Positions 13,301 to 28,900 of a DNA stretch of 64,000 bases are shown piece by piece (position 1 is the stretch's first letter; the number at the start of each line of letters is the position of its first letter). Below the pieces are notes generated by a model that saw only the letters and a program-made list of their open reading frames with translations, was not told where the DNA came from and made no database searches. This DNA is from Auanema rhodensis. Taxonomy: Eukaryota; Animalia; Nematoda. The position numbers and the translations under genes were made by a program. The stretch lies in NCBI GenBank assembly GCA_964057225.1, contig OZ059900.1, forward strand, positions 8,742,001 through 8,806,000. Direction: 5' to 3'.

Positions 13301-16300
13301 GTCAAAGTTTATGAATCCTGAATTTCAAATCCATATCTCAAAGGGTCTGATCAAAACATACAGTTTTCACATGTTTTGTACCCAAAATCGTTGAATATAT
13401 GGCGTTTTGAGCATAAAAAGGCCCATATTTCAATCAGTTTTGATATTCGTGCAAAATACACCTATATGAACATTCTTTGACAGTATTCCATACATTTAGT
13501 CGTTTTAGAAGAAAAAAATATGCTTAAGATCAAAAGTTTGACTGATTTTGCCAAAATGCCCTTCAATCCCCAAAAAACCAATAATTCTTGATATTTTCGG
13601 TCCTTTTTGACCAAAGTGGTTAAAATTGGACATATATATGTAAAAATAGTCAAAGTTTATGAATCCTGAATTTCAAATCCATATCTCAAAGGGTCTGATC
13701 AAAACATACAGTTTTCACATGTTTTGTACCCAAAATCGTTGAATATATGGCGTTTTGAGCATAAAAAGGCCCATATTTCAATCAGTTTTGATATTCGTGC
13801 AAAATACACCTATATGAACATTCTTTGACAGTATTCCATACATTTAGTCGTTTTAGAAGAAAAAAATATGCTTAAGATCAAAAGTTTGACTGATTTTGCC
13901 AAAATGCCCTTCAATCCCCAAAAAACCAATAATTCTTGATATTTTCGGTCCTTTTTGACCAAAGTGGTTAAAATTGAACATATATATGTGAAAATAGTCA
14001 AAGTTTATGAATCCTGAATTTCAAATTCATATCTCAAAGGGTCTGATCAAAACATACAGTTTTCACATGTTTTGTACCCAAAATCGTTGAATATATGGCG
14101 TTTTGAGCATAAAAAGGCCCATAATTCAATCAGTTTTGATATTCGTGCAAAATACACCTATATGAACATTCTATGACAGTATTCCATACATTTAGTCGTT
14201 TTAGAAGAAAAAAATATGCTTAAGATCAAAAGTTTGACTGATTTTGCCAAAATGCCCTTCAATCCCCAAAAAACCAATAATTCTTGATATTTTCGGTCCT
14301 TTTCGACCAAAGTGGTTAAAATTGGACATATATATGTAAAAATAGTCAAAGTTTATGAATCCTGAATTTCAAATCCATATCTCAAAGGGTCTGATCAAAA
14401 CATACAGTTTTCACATGTTTTGTACCCAAAATCGTTGAATATATGGCGTTTTGAGCATAAAAAGGCCCATATTTCAATCAGTTTTGATATTCGTGCAAAA
14501 CAGACCTATATGAACATTCTATGACAGTATTTCATACATTTAGTCGTTTTAGAAGAAAAAAATATGCTTAAGATCAAAAGTTTGACTGATTTAGCCAAAA
14601 TGTCCTTCAAACCCCAAAAAACCTATAATTCTTGATATTTTCGGTCCTTTTTGACCAAAGTGGTTAAAATTGAACATATATATGTGAAAATAGTCAAAGT
14701 TTATGAATCCTGAATTTCAAATTCATATCTCAAAGGGTCTGATCAAAACATACAGTTTTCACATGTTTTGTACCCAAAATCGTTGAATATATGGCGTTTT
14801 GAGCATAAAAAGGCCCATATTTCAATCAGTTTTGATATTCGTGCAAAATACACCTATATCAACATTCTATGACAGTATTCCATACATTTAGTCGTTTTAG
14901 AAGAAAAAAATATGCTTAAGATCAAAAGTTTGACTGATTTAGCCAAAATGCCCTTCAAACCCCAAAAAACCAATAATTCTTGATATTTTCGGTCCTTTTT
15001 GACCAAAGTGGTTAAAATTGAACATATATATGTAAAAATAGTCAAAGTTTATAAATCCTGAATTTCAAATCCATATCTCAAAGGGTCTGATCAAAACATA
15101 CAGTTTTCACATGTTTTGTACCCAAAATCGTTGAATATATGGCGTTTTGAGCATAAAAAGGCCCATATTTCAATCAGTTTTGATATTCGTGCAAAATACA
15201 CCTATATCAACATTCTATGACAGTATTCCATACATTTAGTCGTTTTAGAAGAAAAAAATATGCTTAAGATCAAAAGTTTGACTGATTTTGCCAAAATGCC
15301 CTTCAAACCTCAAAAAACCAATAATTCTTGATATTTTCGGTCCTTTTTGACCAAAGTGGTTAAAATTGAACATATATATGTGAAAATAGTCAAAGTTTAT
15401 GAATCCTGAATTTCAAATCCATATCTCAAAAGGTCTGATCAAAACATACAGTTTTCACATGTTTTGTACCCAAAATCGTTGAATATATGGCGTTTTGAGC
15501 ATAAAAAGGCCCATATTTCAATCAGTTTTGATATTCGTGCAAAATACACTTATATCAACATTCTATGACAGTATTCCATACATTTAGTCGTTTTAGAAGA
15601 AAAAAATATGCTTAAGATCAAAAGTTTGACTGATTTAGCCAAAATGCCCTTCAAACCCCAAAAAACCAATAATTCTTGATATTTTCGGTCCTTTTTGACC
15701 GAAGTGGTTAGAATTGGACATATATATGTAGAAATAGTCGAAGTTTATGAATCCTGAATTTCAAATGCATATCTCAAAGGGTCTGATCAAAACATACAGT
15801 TTTCACATGTTTTGTACCCAAAATCGTTGAATATATGGCGTTTTGAGCATAAAAAGGCCCATATTTCAATCAGTTTTGATATTCGTGCAAAATACACCTA
15901 TATGAACATTCTTTGACAGTATTTCATACATTTAGTCGTTTTAGAAGAAAAAAATATGCTTAAGATCAAAAGTTTGACTGATTTTGCCAAAATGCCCTTC
16001 AAACCCCAAAAAACCAATAATTCTTGATATTTTCGGTCCTTTTTCACCAAAGAGGTTGAAATTGGACATATATATGTGAAAATAGTCGAAGTTTATGAAT
16101 CCTGAATTTCAAATCCATATCTCAAAGGGTCTGATCAAAACATACAGTTTTCACATGTTTTGTACCCAAAATCGTTGAATATATGGCGTTTTGAGCATAA
16201 AAAGGCCCATATTTCAATCAGTTTTGATATTCGTGCAAAATACACCTATATGAACATTCTATGACAGTATTTCATACATTTAGTCGTTTTAGAAGAAAAA

Positions 16301-17985
16301 AATATGCTTAAGATCAAAAGTTTGACTGATTTTGCCAAAATGCCCTTCAATCCCCAAAAAACCAATAATTCTTGATATTTTCGGTCCTTTTTGACCAAAG
16401 TGGTTAAAATTGAACATATATATGTAAAAATAGTCAAAGTTTATGAATCCTGAATTTCAAATCCATATCTCAAAGGGTCTGATCAAAACATACAGTTTTA
16501 ACATGTTTTATACCCAAACTCGTTGAATATATGGCGTTTTGAGCATAAAAAGGCCCATATTTCAATCAGTTTTGATATTCGTGCAAAATACACCTATATT
16601 AACATTCTATGACAGTATTTCATACATTTAGTCGTTTTAGAAGAGAAAAATATGCTTAAGATCAAAAGTTTGACTGATTTTGCCAAAATGCCCTTCAATC
16701 CCCAAAAAACCAATAATTCTTGATATTTTCGGTCCTTTTTGACCAAAGTGGTTAAAATTGGACATATATATGTAAAAATAGTCAAAGTTTATGAATCCTG
16801 AATTTCAAATCCATATCTCAAAGGGTCTGATCAAAACATACAGTTTTCACATGTTTTGTACCCAAAATCGTTGAATATATGGCGTTTTGAGCATAAAAAG
16901 GCCCATATTTCAATCAGTTTTGATATTCGTGCAAAATACACCTATATCAACATTCTATGACAGTATTCCATACATTTAGTCGTTTTAGAAGAAAAAAATA
17001 TGCTTAAGATCAAAAGTTTGACTGATTTAGCCAAAATGCCCTTCAAACCCCAAAAAACCAATAATTCTTGATATTTTCGGTCTTTTTTGACCAAAGTGGT
17101 TAAAATTGAACATATATATGTAAAAATAGTCAAAGTTTATGAATCCTGAATTTCAAATCCATATCTCAAAGGGTCTGATCAAAACATACAGTTTTCACAT
17201 GTTTTGTACCCAAAATCGTTGAATATATGGCGTTTTGAGCATAAAAAGGCCCATATTTCAATCAGTTTTGATATTCGTGCAAAATACACCTATATGAACA
17301 TTCTATGACAGTATTTCATATATTTAGTCGTTTTAGAAGAAAAAAATATGCTTAAGATCAAAAGTTTGACTGATTTAGCCAAAATGCCCTTCAAACCCCA
17401 AAAAACCAATAATTCTTGATATTTTTGGTCCTTTTTGACCAAAGTGGTTAAAATTGAACATATATATGTAAAAATAGTCAAAGTTTATGAATCCTGAATT
17501 TCAAACCCATATCTCAAAGGGTCTGATCAAAACATACAGTTTTCACATGTTTTGTACCCAAAATCGTTGAATATATGGCGTTTTGAGCATAAAAAGGCCC
17601 ATATTTCAATCAGTTTTGATATTCGTGCAAAATACACCTATATTAACATTCTATGACAGTATTTCATACATTTAGTCGTTTTAGAAGAGAAAAATATGCT
17701 TAAGATCAAAAGTTTGACTGATTTTGCCAAAATGCCCTTCAATCCCCAAAAAACCAATAATTCTTGATATTTTCGGTCCTTTTTGACCAAAGTGGTTAAA
17801 ATTGGACATATATATGTAAAAATAGTCAAAGTTTATGAATCCTGAATTTCAAATCCATATCTCAAAGGGTCTGATCAAAACATACAGTTTTCACATGTTT
17901 TGTACCCAAAATCGTTGAATATATGGCGTTTTGAGCATAAAAAGGCCCATATTTCAATCAGTTTTGATATTCGTGCAAAATACAC

Positions 17986-20900
17986 CTATATCAACATTCT
18001 ATGACAGTATTCCATACATTTAGTCGTTTTAGAAGAAAAAAATATGCTTAAGATCAAAAGTTTGACTGATTTAGCCAAAATGCCCTTCAAACCCCAAAAA
18101 ACCAATAATTCTTGATATTTTCGGTCCTTTTTGACCAAAGTGGTTAAAATTGAACATATATATGTAAAAATAGTCAAAGTTTATGAATCCTGAATTTCAA
18201 ATCCATATATCAAAGGGTCTGATCAAAACATACAGTTTTCACATGTTTTGTACCCAAAATCGTTGAATATATGGCGTTTTGAGCATAAAAAGGCCCATAT
18301 TTCAATCAGTTTTGATATTCGTGCAAAATACACCTATATGAACATTCTTTGACAGTATTTCATACATTTAGTCGTTTTAGAAGAAAAAAATATGCTTAAG
18401 ATCAAAAGTTTGACTGATTTTGCCAAAATGCCCTTCAAACCCCAAAAAACCAATAATTCTTGATATTTTCGGTCCTTTTTGACCAAAGTGGTTAAAATTG
18501 GACATATATATGTGAAAATAGTCGAAGTTTATGAATCCTGAATTTCAAATCCTTGCCTCAAAGGGTCTGATCAAAACATACAGTTTTCACATGTTTTGTA
18601 CCCAAAATCGTTGAATATATGGCGTTTTGAGCATAAAAAGGCCCATATTTCAATCAGTTTTGATATTCGTGCAAAATACACCTATACGAACATTCTATGA
18701 CAGTATTTCATACATTTAGTCGTTTTAGAAGAAAAAAATATGCTTAAGATCAAAAGTTTGACTGATTTTGCCAAAATGCCCTTCAATCCCCAAAAAACCA
18801 ATAATTCTTGATATTTTCGGTCCTTTTTGACCAAAGTGGTTAAAATTGAACATATATATGTAAAAATAGTCAAAGTTTATGAATCCTGAATTTCAAATCC
18901 ATATCTCAAAGGGTCTGATCAAAACATACAGTTTTCACATGTTTTGTACCCAAAATCGTTGAATATATGGCGTTTTGAGCATAAAAAGGCCCATATTTCA
19001 ATCAGTTTTGATATTCGTGCAAAATACACCTATATGAACATTCTTTCACAGTATTTCATACATTTAGTCGTTTTAGAAGAAAAAAATATGCTTAAGATCA
19101 AAAGTTTGACTGATTTTGCCAAAATGCCCTTCAAACCCCAAAAAACCAATAATTCTTGATATTTTCGGTCCTTTTTGACCAAAGTGGTTAAAATTGGACA
19201 TATATATGTGAAAATAGTCGAAGTTTATGAATCCTGAATTTTAAATCCATATCTCAAAGGGTCTGATCAAAACATACAGTTTTCACATGTTTTGTACCCA
19301 AAATCGTTGAATATATGGCGTTTTGAGCATAAAAAGGCCCATATTTCAATCAGTTTTGATATTCGTGCAAAATACACCTATATGAACATTCTATGACAGT
19401 ATTTCATACATTTAGTCGTTTTAGAAGAAAAAAATATGCTTAAGATCCAAAGGTTGACTGATTTTGCCAAAATGCCCTTCAATCCCCAAAAAACCAACAA
19501 TTCTTGATATTTTCGGTCCTTTTTGACCAAAGTGGTTAAAATTGGACATATATATGTAAAAATAGTCAAAGTTTATGAATCCTGAATTTGAAATCCATAT
19601 CTCAAAGGGTCTGATCAAAACATACAGTTTTCACATGTTTTGTACCCAAAATCGTTGAATATATGGCGTTTTGAGCATAAAAAGGCCCATATTTCAATCA
19701 GTTTTGATATTCGTGCAAAATACACCTATATGAACATTCTATGACAGTATTTCATACATTTAGTCGTTTTAGAAGAAAAAAATATGCTTAAGATCAAAAG
19801 TTTGACTGATTTAGCCAAAATGTCCTTCAAACCCCAAAAAACCAATAATTCTTGATATTTTCGGTCCTTTTTGACCAAAGTGGTTAAAATTGAACATATA
19901 TATGTAAAAATAGTCAAAGTTTATGAATCCTGAATTTCAAATCCATATCTCAAAGGGTCTGATCAAAACATACAGTTTTCACATGTTTTGTACCCAAAAT
20001 CGTTGAATATATGGCGTTTTGAGCATAAAAAGGCCCATATTTCAATCAGTTTTGATATTCGTGCAAAATACACCTATATGAACATTTTTTGACAGTATTT
20101 CATACATTTAGTCGTTTTAGAAGAAAAAAATATGCTTAAGATCAAAAGGTTGACTGATTTTGCCAAAATGCCCTTCAATCCCCAAAAAACCAATAATTCT
20201 TGATATTTTCGGTCCTTTTTGACCAAAGTGGTTAAAATTGGACATATATATGTAAAAATAGTCAAAGTTTATGAATCCTGAATTTCAAATCCATATCTCA
20301 AAGGGTCTGATCAAAACATACAGTTTTCACATGTTTTGTACCCAAAATCGTTGAATATATGGCGTTTTGAGCATAAAAAGGCCCATATTTCAATCAGTTT
20401 TGATATTCGTGCAAAATACACCTATATGAACATTCTATGACAGTATTTCATACATTTAGTCGTTTTAGAAGAAAAAAATATGCTTAAGATCAAAAGTTTG
20501 ACTGATTTTGCCAAAATGTCCTTCAAACCCCAAAAAACCAATAATTCTTGATATTTTCGGTCCTTTTTGACCAAAGTGGTTAAAATTGGACATATATATG
20601 TGAAAATAGTCAAAGTTTATGAATCCTGAATTTCAAATCCATATCTCAAAGGGTCTGATCAAAACATACAGTTTTCACATGTTTTGTACCCAAAATCGTT
20701 GAATATATGGCGTTTTGAGCATAAAAAGGCCCATATTTCAATCAGTTTTGATATTCGTGCAAAATACACCTATATCAACATTCTATGACAGTATTCCATA
20801 CATTTAGTCGTTTTAGAAGAAAAAAATATGCTTAAGATCAAAAGTTTGACTGATTTAGCCAAAATGCCCTTCAAACCCCAAAAAACCAATAATTCTTGAT

Positions 20901-21813
20901 ATTTTCGGTCCTTTTTGACCAAAGTGGTTAAAATTGAACATATATATGTAAAAATAGTCAAAGTTTATGAATCCTGAATTTCAAATCCATATATCAAAGG
21001 GTCTGATCAAAACATACAGTTTTCACATGTTTTGTACCCAAAATCGTTGAATATATGGCGTTTTGAGCATAAAAAGGCCCATATTTCAATCAGTTTTGAT
21101 ATTCGTGCAAAATACACCTATATGAACATTCTTTGACAGTATTTCATACATTTAGTCGTTTTAGAAGAAAAAAATATGCTTAAGATCAAAAGTTTGACTG
21201 ATTTTGCCAAAATGCCCTTCAAACCCCAAAAAACCAATAATTCTTGATATTTTCGGTCCTTTTTGACCAAAGTGGTTAAAATTGGACATATATATGTGAA
21301 AATAGTCGAAGTTTATGAATCCTGAATTTCAAATCCTTGCCTCAAAGGGTCTGATCAAAACATACAGTTTTCACATGTTTTGTACCCAAAATCGTTGAAT
21401 ATATGGCGTTTTGAGCATAAAAAGGCCCATATTTCAATCAGTTTTGATATTCGTGCAAAATACACCTATACGAACATTCTATGACAGTATTTCATACATT
21501 TAGTCGTTTTAGAAGAAAAAAATATGCTTAAGATCAAAAGTTTGACTGATTTTGCCAAAATGCCCTTCAATCCCCAAAAAACCAATAATTCTTGATATTT
21601 TCGGTCCTTTTTGACCAAAGTGGTTAAAATTGAACATATATATGTAAAAATAGTCAAAGTTTATGAATCCTGAATTTCAAATCCATATCTCAAAGGGTCT
21701 GATCAAAACATACAGTTTTCACATGTTTTGTACCCAAAATCGTTGAATATATGGCGTTTTGAGCATAAAAAGGCCCATATTTCAATCAGTTTTGATATTC
21801 GTGCAAAATACAC
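17986..21813. repeat. Three-monomer block duplicated at 8-monomer (2784 bp) spacing
   Basis: The linked markers ccatatatcaaa (~18209/20993), ccttgcctc (18553/21337) and tatacgaac (~18687/21471) all recur exactly 2784 bp apart. Confidence 0.85.
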
Positions 21814-24597
21814 CTATATGAACATTCAATGACGGTATTTCATACATTTAGTCGTTTTAGAAGAAAAAAATATGCTTAAGATCAAAAGTTTGACTGATTT
21901 TGCCAAAATGCCCTTCAATCCCCAAAAAACCAATAATTCTTGATATTTTCGGTCCTTTTTGACCAAAGTGGTTAAAATTGGACATATATATGTGAAAATA
22001 GTCGAAGTTTATGAATCCTGAATTTCAAATCCATATCTCAAAGGGTCTGATCAAAACATACAGTTTTCACATGTTTTGTACCCAAAATCGTTGAATATAT
22101 GGCGTTTTGAGCATAAAAAGGCCCATATTTCAATCAGTTTTGATATTCGTGCAAAATACACCTATATGAACATTTTTTGACAGTATTTCATACATTTAGT
22201 CGTTTTAGAAGAAAAAAATATGCTTAAGATCAAAAGGTTGACTGATTTTGCCAAAATGCCCTTCAATCCCCAAAAAACCAATAATTCTTGATATTTTCGG
22301 TCCTTTTTGACCAAAGTGGTTAAAATTGGACATATATATGTAAAAATAGTCAAAGTTTATGAATCCTGAATTTCAAATCCATATCTCAAAGGGTCTGATC
22401 AAAACATACAGTTTTCACATGTTTTGTACCCAAAATCGTTGAATATATGGCGTTTTGAGCATAAAAAGGCCCATATTTCAATCAGTTTTGATATTCGTGC
22501 AAAATACACCTATATGAACATTCTATGACAGTATTTCATACATTTAGTCGTTTTAGAAGAAAAAAATATGCTTAAGATCAAAAGTTTGACTGATTTAGCC
22601 AAAATGTCCTTCAAACCCCAAAAAACCAATAATTCTTGATATTTTCGGTCCTTTTTGACCAAAGTGGTTAAAATTGAACATATATATGTGAAAATAGTCA
22701 AAGTTTATGAATCCTGAATTTCAAATCCATATCTCAAAGGGTCTGATCAAAACATACAGTTTTCACATGTTTTGTACCCAAAATCGTTGAATATATGGCG
22801 TTTTGAGCATAAAAAGGCCCATATTTCAATCAGTTTTGATATTCGTGCAAAATACACCTATATGAACATTCTATGACAGTATTTCATACATTTAGTCGTT
22901 TTAGAAGAAAAAAATATGCTTAAGATCAAAAGTTTGACTGATTTAGCCAAAATGTCCTTCAAACCCCAAAAAACCAATAATTCTTGATATTTTCGGTCCT
23001 TTTTGACCAAAGTGGTTAAAATTGAACATATATATGTGAAAATAGTCAAAGTTTATGAATCCTGAATTTCAAATCCATATCTCAAAGGGTCTGATCAAAA
23101 CATACAGTTTTCACATGTTTTGTACCCAAAATCGTTGAATATATGGCGTTTTGAGCATAAAAAGGCCCATATTTCAATCAGTTTTGATATTCGTGCAAAA
23201 TACACCTATATGAACATTCAATGACGGTATTTCATACATTTAGTCGTTTTAGAAGAAAAAAATATGCTTAAGATCAAAAGTTTGACTGATTTTGCCAAAA
23301 TGCCCTTCAATCCCCAAAAAACCATAAATTCTTGATATTTTCGGTCCTTTTTGACCAAAGTGGTTAAAATTGGACATATATATGTGAAAATAGTCGAAGT
23401 TTATGAATCCTGAATTTCAAATCCATATCTCAAAGGGTCTGATCAAAACATACAGTTTTCACATGTTTTGTACCCAAAATCGTTGAATATATGGCGTTTT
23501 GAGCATAAAAAGGCCCATATTTCAATCAGTTTTGATATTCGTGCAAAATACACCTATATGAACATTTTTTGACAGTATTTCATACATTTAGTCGTTTTAG
23601 AAGAAAAAAATATGCTTAAGATCAAAAGGTTGACTGATTTTGCCAAAATGCCCTTCAATCCCCAAAAAACCAATAATTCTTGATATTTTCGGTCCTTTTT
23701 GACCAAAGTGGTTAAAATTGGACATATATATGTAAAAATAGTCAAAGTTTATGAATCCTGAATTTCAAATCCATATCTCAAAGGGTCTGATCAAAACATA
23801 CAGTTTTCACATGTTTTGTACCCAAAATCGTTGAATATATGGCGTTTTGAGCATAAAAAGGCCCATATTTCAATCAGTTTTGATATTCGTGCAAAATACA
23901 CCTATATGAACATTCTATGACAGTATTTCATACATTTAGTCGTTTTAGAAGAAAAAAATATGCTTAAGATCAAAAGTTTGACTGATTTAGCCAAAATGTC
24001 CTTCAAACCCCAAAAAACCAATAATTCTTGATATTTTCGGTCCTTTTTGACCAAAGTGGTTAAAATTGAACATATATATGTGAAAATAGTCAAAGTTTAT
24101 GAATCCTGAATTTCAAATCCATATCTCAAAGGGTCTGATCAAAACATACAGTTTTCACATGTTTTGTACCCAAAATCGTTGAATATATGGCGTTTTGAGC
24201 ATAAAAAGGCCCATATTTCAATCAGTTTTGATATTCGTGCAAAATACACCTATATGAACATTCTATGACAGTATTTCATACATTTAGTCGTTTTAGAAGA
24301 AAAAAATATGCTTAAGATCAAAAGTTTGACTGATTTAGCCAAAATGTCCTTCAAACCCCAAAAAACCAATAATTCTTGATATTTTCGGTCCTTTTTGACC
24401 AAAGTGGTTAAAATTGAACATATATATGTGAAAATAGTCAAAGTTTATGAATCCTGAATTTCAAATCCATATCTCAAAGGGTCTGATCAAAACATACAGT
24501 TTTCACATGTTTTGTACCCAAAATCGTTGAATATATGGCGTTTTGAGCATAAAAAGGCCCATATTTCAATCAGTTTTGATATTCGTGCAAAATACAC
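21814..24597. repeat. Tandem duplication of a 4-monomer unit (1392 bp x2)
   Basis: The unit order caatgacgg / ttttttgac+aaaaggtt / ttagcc-tgtcc / ttagcc-tgtcc repeats twice. ORF variants at 22162, 22510 and 22858 match those at 23554, 23902 and 24250. Confidence 0.88.
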
Positions 24598-25989
24598 CTA
24601 TATGAACATTCTTTGACAGTATTTCATACATTTAGTCGTTTTAGAAGAAAAAAATATGCTTAAGATCAAAAGTTTGACTGATTTTGCCAAAATGCCCTTC
24701 AAACCCCAAAAAACCAATAATTCTTGATATTTTCGGTCCTTTTTAACCAAAGTGGTTAAAATTGGACATATATATGTAAAAATAGTCGAAGTTTATGAAT
24801 CCTGAATTTCAAATCCATATCTCAAAGGGTCTGATCAAAACATACAGTTTTCACATGTTTTGTACCCAAAATCGTTGAATATATGGCGTTTTGAGCATAA
24901 AAAGGCCCATATTTCAATCAGTTTTGATATTCGTGCAAAATACACCTATATGAACATTCTATGACAGTATTTCATACATTTAGTCGTTTTAGAAGAAAAA
25001 AATATGCTTAAGATCAAAAGTTTGACTGATTTTGCCAAAATGCCCTTCAATCCCCAAAAAACCAATAATTCTTGATATTTTCGGTCCTTTTTGACCAAAG
25101 TGGTTAAAAATGAACATATATCTGTGAAAATAGTCAAAGTTTATAAATCCTGAATTTCAAATCCATATCTCAAAGGGTCTGAACAAAACATACAGTTTTC
25201 ACATGTTTTGTACCCAAAATCGTTGAATATATGGCGTTTTGAGCATAAAAAGGCCCATATTTCAATCAGTTTTGATATTCGTGCAAAATACACTTATATC
25301 AACATTCTATGACAGTATTCCATACATTTAGTCGTTTTAGAAGAAAAAAATATGCTTAAGATCAAAAGTTTGACTGATTTAGCCAAAATGCCCTTCAAAC
25401 CCCAAAAAACTAATAATTCTTGATATTTTCGGTCCTTTTCGACCAAAGTGGTTAGAATTGGACATATATATGTAGAAATAGTCGAAGTTTATGAATCCTG
25501 AATTTCAAATCCATATCTCAAAGGGTCTGATCAAAACATACAGTTTTCACATGTTTTGTACCCAAAATCGTTGAATATATGGCGTTTTGAGCATAAAAAG
25601 GCCCATATTTCAATCAGTTTTGATATTCGTGCAAAATACACCTATATGAACATTTTTTGACAGTATTTCATACATTTAGTCGTTTTAGAAGAAAAAAATA
25701 TGCTTAAGATCAAAAGTTTGACTGATTTTGCCAAAATGCCCTTCAAACCCCAAAAAACCAATAATTCTTGATATTTTCGGTCCTTTTTGACCAAAGTGGT
25801 TAAAATTGGACATATATATGTGAAAATAGTCGAAGTTTATGAATCCTGAATTTCAAATCCATATCTCAAAGGGTCTGATCAAAACATACAGTTTTCACAT
25901 GTTTTGTACCCAAAATCGTTGAATATATGGCGTTTTGAGCATAAAAAGGCCCATATTTCAATCAGTTTTGATATTCGTGCAAAATACAC

Positions 25990-28900
25990 CTATATGAACA
26001 TTCAATGACGGTATTTCATACATTTAGTCGTTTTAGAAGAAAAAAATATGCTTAAGATCAAAAGTTTGACTGATTTTGCCAAAATGCCCTTCAATCCCCA
26101 AAAAACCAATAATTCTTGATATTTTCGGTCCTTTTTGACCAAAGTGGTTAAAATTGGACATATATATGTGAAAATAGTCGAAGTTTATGAATCCTGAATT
26201 TCAAATCCATATCTCAAAGGGTCTGATCAAAACATACAGTTTTCACATGTTTTGTACCCAAAATCGTTGAATATATGGCGTTTTGAGCATAAAAAGGCCC
26301 ATATTTCAATCAGTTTTGATATTCGTGCAAAATACACCTATATGAACATTCTATGACAGTATTTCATACATTTAGTCGTTTTAGAAGAAAAAAATATGCT
26401 TAAGATCCAAAGGTTGACTGATTTTGCCAAAATGCCCTTCAATCCCCAAAAAACCAACAATTCTTGATATTTTCGGTCCTTTTTGACCAAAGTGGTTAAA
26501 ATTGGACATATATATGTAAAAATAGTCAAAGTTTATGAATCCTGAATTTCAAATCCATATCTCAAAGGGTCTGATCAAAACATACAGTTTTCACATGTTT
26601 TGTACCCAAAATCGTTGAATATATGGCGTTTTGAGCATAAAAAGGCCCATATTTCAATCAGTTTTGATATTCGTGCAAAATACACCTATATGAACATTCT
26701 ATGACAGTATTTCATACATTTAGTCGTTTTAGAAGAAAAAAATATGCTTAAGATCAAAAGTTTGACTGATTTAGCCAAAATGTCATTCAAACCCCAAAAA
26801 ACCAATAATTCTTGATATTTTCGGTCCTTTTTGACCAAAGTGGTTAAAATTGAACATATATATGTGAAAATAGTCAAAGTTTATGAATCCTGAATTTCAA
26901 ATCCATATCTCAAAGGGTCTGATCAAAACATACAGTTTTCACATGTTTTGTACCCAAAATCGTTGAATATATGGCGTTTTGAGCATAAAAAGGCCCATAT
27001 TTCAATCAGTTTTGATATTCGTGCAAAATACACCTATATGAACATTCTTTGACAGTATTTCATACATTTAGTCGTTTTAGAAGAAAAAAATATGCTTAAG
27101 ATCAAAAGTTTGACTGATTTTGCCAAAATGCCCTTCAAACCCCAAAAAACCAATAATTCTTGATATTTTCGGTCCTTTTTAACCAAAGTGGTTAAAATTG
27201 GACATATATATGTAAAATTAGTCAAAGTTTATGAATCCTGAATTTCAAATCCATATCTCAAAGGGTCTGATCAAAACATACAGTTTTCACATGTTTTGTA
27301 CCCAAAATCGTTGAATATATGGCGTTTTGAGCATAAAAAGGCCCATATTTCAATCAGTTTTGATATTCGTGCAAAATACACCTATATGAACATTCAATGA
27401 CGGTATTTCATACATTTAGTCGTTTTAGAAGAAAAAAATATGCTTAAGATCAAAAGTTTGACTGATTTTGCCAAAATGCCCTTCAATCCCCAAAAAACCA
27501 ATAATTCTTGATATTTTCGGTCCTTTTTGACCAAAGTGGTTAAAATTGGACATATATATGTGAAAATAGTCGAAGTTTATGAATCCTGAATTTCAAATCC
27601 ATATCTCAAAGGGTCTGATCAAAACATACAGTTTTCACATGTTTTGTACCCAAAATCGTTGAATATATGGCGTTTTGAGCATAAAAAGGCCCATATTTCA
27701 ATCAGTTTTGATATTCGTGCAAAATACACCTATATGAACATTCTATGACAGTATTTCATACATTTAGTCGTTTTAGAAGAAAAAAATATGCTTAAGATCC
27801 AAAGGTTGACTGATTTTGCCAAAATGCCCTTCAATCCCCAAAAAACCAACAATTCTTGATATTTTCGGTCCTTTTTGACCAAAGTGGTTAAAATTGGACA
27901 TATATATGTAAAAATAGTCAAAGTTTATGAATCCTGAATTTCAAATCCATATCTCAAAGGGTCTGATCAAAACATACAGTTTTCACATGTTTTGTACCCA
28001 AAATCGTTGAATATATGGCGTTTTGAGCATAAAAAGGCCCATATTTCAATCAGTTTTGATATTCGTGCAAAATACACCTATATGAACATTCTATGACAGT
28101 ATTTCATACATTTAGTCGTTTTAGAAGAAAAAAATATGCTTAAGATCAAAAGTTTGACTGATTTAGCCAAAATGTCCTTCAAACCCCAAAAAACCAATAA
28201 TTCTTGATATTTTCGGTCCTTTTTGACCAAAGTGGTTAAAATTGAACATATATATGTGAAAATAGTCAAAGTTTATGAATCCTGAATTTCAAATCCATAT
28301 CTCAAAGGGTCTGATCAAAACATACAGTTTTCACATGTTTTGTACCCAAAATCGTTGAATATATGGCGTTTTGAGCATAAAAAGGCCCATATTTCAATCA
28401 GTTTTGATATTCGTGCAAAATACACCTATATGAACATTCTATGACAGTATTTCATACATTTAGTCGTTTTAGAAGAAAAAAATATGCTTAAGATCCAAAG
28501 GTTGACTGATTTTGCCAAAATGCCCTTCAATCCCCAAAAAACCAACAATTCTTGATATTTTCGGTCCTTTTTGACCAAAGTGGTTAAAATTGGACATATA
28601 TATGTAAAAATAGTCAAAGTTTATGAATCCTGAATTTCAAATCCATATCTCAAAGGGTCTGATCAAAACATACAGTTTTCACATGTTTTGTACCCAAAAT
28701 CGTTGAATATATGGCGTTTTGAGCATAAAAAGGCCCATATTTCAATCAGTTTTGATATTCGTGCAAAATACACCTATATGAACATTCTATGACAGTATTT
28801 CATACATTTAGTCGTTTTAGAAGAAAAAAATATGCTTAAGATCAAAAGTTTGACTGATTTAGCCAAAATGTCCTTCAAACCCCAAAAAACCAATAATTCT

